Below are positions 33,911-35,763 of a DNA stretch of 35,763 nt, one piece after another. The translations under genes and the position numbers were made by a program. The first letter of the stretch is position 1; the number at the start of each line of letters is the position of its first letter. Origin of the DNA: a virus (lineage: Duplodnaviria > Caudoviricetes); IMG/VR virus record IMGVR_UViG_3300032239_000289, positions 1 through 35,763 of that record; one strand, given 5' to 3'. The notes below the pieces were generated by a model. It was not told where the DNA came from, ran no database searches, and saw only the letters and a list, made by a program, of their open reading frames with translations.

Positions 33911-35763
33911 ATGAAAATACTCTGGATTGATTTCGAGACGCGCAGTCGCTGCGATTTATCCTCGCGTGGAGTTTATAACTATGCACAAGACGCCAGTACA
34001 GATGTACTTTGTATGTCATACGCCTTTGATGATGGTGAAGTTTTCACCTGGACTCCCGACCAACCATTTCCCGATGAAGTGGCTAAGCACGATGGGACGA
34101 TATGCGCCCATAACGCCGCGTTTGAGCGGCTCATTTTCTGGTATGTCTTACAAATTAACTTTGAACTCGAGCAGTTCTACTGCACCGCTGCCCAAGCGCG
34201 TGCTAACTGCTTACCTGGAAGCCTTGAAGACGTCGGACGTGCGCTCAGCAGCCAAATGCGCAAAGACCACCGAGGAAGCCAGCTTATCCGTGCACTTTCC
34301 ATCCCTCGCGCTGATGGATCGTTTAACGATTCGCCCGAGCTAATGGCTGAGATGATTGCGTACTGCGAGCAGGACGTACGCGCTATGCGTGCCGTATCAC
34401 AAGCCATGCGGCCACTGTCCGACGTTGAGCTAGCCGACTATCACACGAACGAGCGCATCAACGACCGTGGCGTGTTGCTTGACTTACCATTGGCCAAAGC
34501 CGCGATCAAGTACGCTGCTGCTGAGCTTGACGAGATCGAGACGCTAGTTGCTGAGCTGACCGAAGGCCAGATCAAGTCCGTGCGCAGCCCTAAGATGCGC
34601 CAATGGGTGATGGATCGCGTAGGGCCGCAGGCGTTGAAGATGATGGAAACAATCAAAGACGGCGAGTTGAAGTACAGTATCGACAAGTCAGTACGCGCCA
34701 ATTTACTAGTTTTTGCGGAGGAAAACCCCGATGAGATTCCGGCCCATGTTGCGGACGTCATTCAATGTGCAGATGATCTCTGGGCGTCAAGCGTTGCGAA
34801 GTTCAGCCGCCTTGCGGGCTTGGCAGACGAGGACGATCAACGAGTACGAGGTGCTTTTGTCTTCGCTGGAGGGAGTGCCACCGGAAGAGCTTCCTCCTAC
34901 GGTGCGCAAGTTCACAATTTTACGAGAAAATGTGCCAAAGAACCCGAGGATGCTAGGCATGCTATGGTCAGAGGCCACAGCATCGTTCCAAGATTTGGAA
35001 GACGCATTACAGATGTTCTCAGGGGAATGCTCCGGCCCGCACTGATACCGGCAGCCGGTCATTCGTTCGTTGTAGCCGATTGGTCGGCCATCGAGGCACG
35101 CGTCACCCCGTGGGCGTCAGCCGACCCGCAAGCCGAGTCGGTGCTAGACGTCTTCCGCGAAGGCCGCGACATCTACATACGCGAGGCCGCAGGCATCTAC
35201 CGCATACCGGAGTCCCAGATCGGGCCAGAATCCGAAGAGCGCCAGATCGGTAAGGTCGCAATCCTGTCCCTTGGCTTCGGCGGCTCGGTTGGCGCGTTCT
35301 CGGCGATGGGTCGCAATTACGGTATCGTTATGGCCGAGTCGGATTCGCGTCGGATCGTTGACGCGTGGCGTCGTGCAAACCCGTGGGCCGTGCGCTATTG
35401 GGAAAAGCTTGAGAACGCCTACCGTAGCGCGTTGCGCAACCCTGGACGTGAGTTCTCAGCGGGGCGCGTTACGTACCTTTACGACAAGCAGCATCTCTGG
35501 TATGCGTTACCGTCTGGTCGCATTTTGTGCTACCCGTTCGCTAAGTTTGAGGGTGACGAGATCACGTATGTGAAGGCCGCATGGAAGCCAGCAGCAGATG
35601 CCAAAGAATGGCCAAGAGCGCGCTTGTGGCGTGGGCTTGCATGTGAGAACATAACGCAGGCAATCGCGCACGATTTGCTGCGCCATTCCTTACGCCAATT
35701 ATCTGACACCGTCCTACATGTACATGATGAAATCGTACTCGAGTCAAAAAATCCCGAAGCTGA
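33911..35763 (+). CDS. polA: DNA polymerase family A with 3'-5' exonuclease (650 aa when joined to 1-430; runs off the window end)
   Basis: Own translation: IDFET (ExoI), HNAAFE (ExoII), YCEQD (ExoIII), INDRG, TGRASS, VADWSAIEARV (A), RQIGKVAILSLGFGG (B), VHDE (C); missed by the ORF track. Confidence 0.95.
   Translation, partial: MKILWIDFETRSRCDLSSRGVYNYAQDASTDVLCMSYAFDDGEVFTWTPDQPFPDEVAKHDGTICAHNAAFERLIFWYVLQINFELEQFYCTAAQARANCLPGSLEDVGRALSSQMRKDHRGSQLIRALSIPRADGSFNDSPELMAEMIAYCEQDVRAMRAVSQAMRPLSDVELADYHTNERINDRGVLLDLPLAKAAIKYAAAELDEIETLVAELTEGQIKSVRSPKMRQWVMDRVGPQALKMMETIKDGELKYSIDKSVRANLLVFAEENPDEIPAHVADVIQCADDLWASSVAKFSRLAGLADEDDQRVRGAFVFAGGSATGRASSYGAQVHNFTRKCAKEPEDARHAMVRGHSIVPRFGRRITDVLRGMLRPALIPAAGHSFVVADWSAIEARVTPWASADPQAESVLDVFREGRDIYIREAAGIYRIPESQIGPESEERQIGKVAILSLGFGGSVGAFSAMGRNYGIVMAESDSRRIVDAWRRANPWAVRYWEKLENAYRSALRNPGREFSAGRVTYLYDKQHLWYALPSGRILCYPFAKFEGDEITYVKAAWKPAADAKEWPRARLWRGLACENITQAIAHDLLRHSLRQLSDTVLHVHDEIVLESKNPEA
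35434..35763 (+). repeat. Terminal direct repeat, right copy
   Basis: Matches 1-330 (320/330 identical). Confidence 0.98.

Larger units (their letters stand above)
1..35763. mobile_element. Complete circularly permuted P22-like (podovirus-type) phage genome, unit length 35,433 bp
   Basis: Terminal 330-bp repeat; full set of packaging, head, tail, ejection, lysis and replication genes; no host genes. Confidence 0.95.

Noticed and set aside
33927-35573. Short ORFs listed over the right end
   Set aside because: All overlap the uninterrupted polymerase frame starting at 33911

Overview
The window is an essentially complete, circularly permuted tailed dsDNA phage genome with a unit length of 35,433 bp. 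Bases 1-330 recur at 35434-35763 with 10 synonymous differences. The virion module is P22-like (podovirus): terS, terL, five small basic proteins, portal, Dps-like protein, scaffold, P22-type coat, two decoration-like proteins, gp4/gp10-like tail proteins, tail fibres, three DNA-ejection proteins and a lysis cassette. The replication module is DUF2800 nuclease, SSB-like protein, family A DNA polymerase (spanning the window junction) and primase-SF3 helicase, with VRR-NUC and an SNF2-like helicase transcribed divergently. A minus-strand cassette of small early-type genes lies at 2878-4626. I found no integrase, repressor, tRNA, CRISPR array or reverse transcriptase. A Gram-negative, plausibly betaproteobacterial, host is inferred only. 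The most interesting signals are: (1) three 23-bp-phased sites resembling SlmA nucleoid-occlusion binding sites next to a putative origin; (2) a 3'-terminal element of the early operon that is complementary to that operon's own ribosome-binding region and carries an anti-Shine-Dalgarno loop, directly after an unannotated 19-aa hydrophobic peptide gene; (3) a single in-frame amber codon in a perfect hairpin inside the endolysin gene; (4) candidate structured RNAs upstream of the scaffold and polymerase genes. All calls come from reading motifs by eye; no searches were run.
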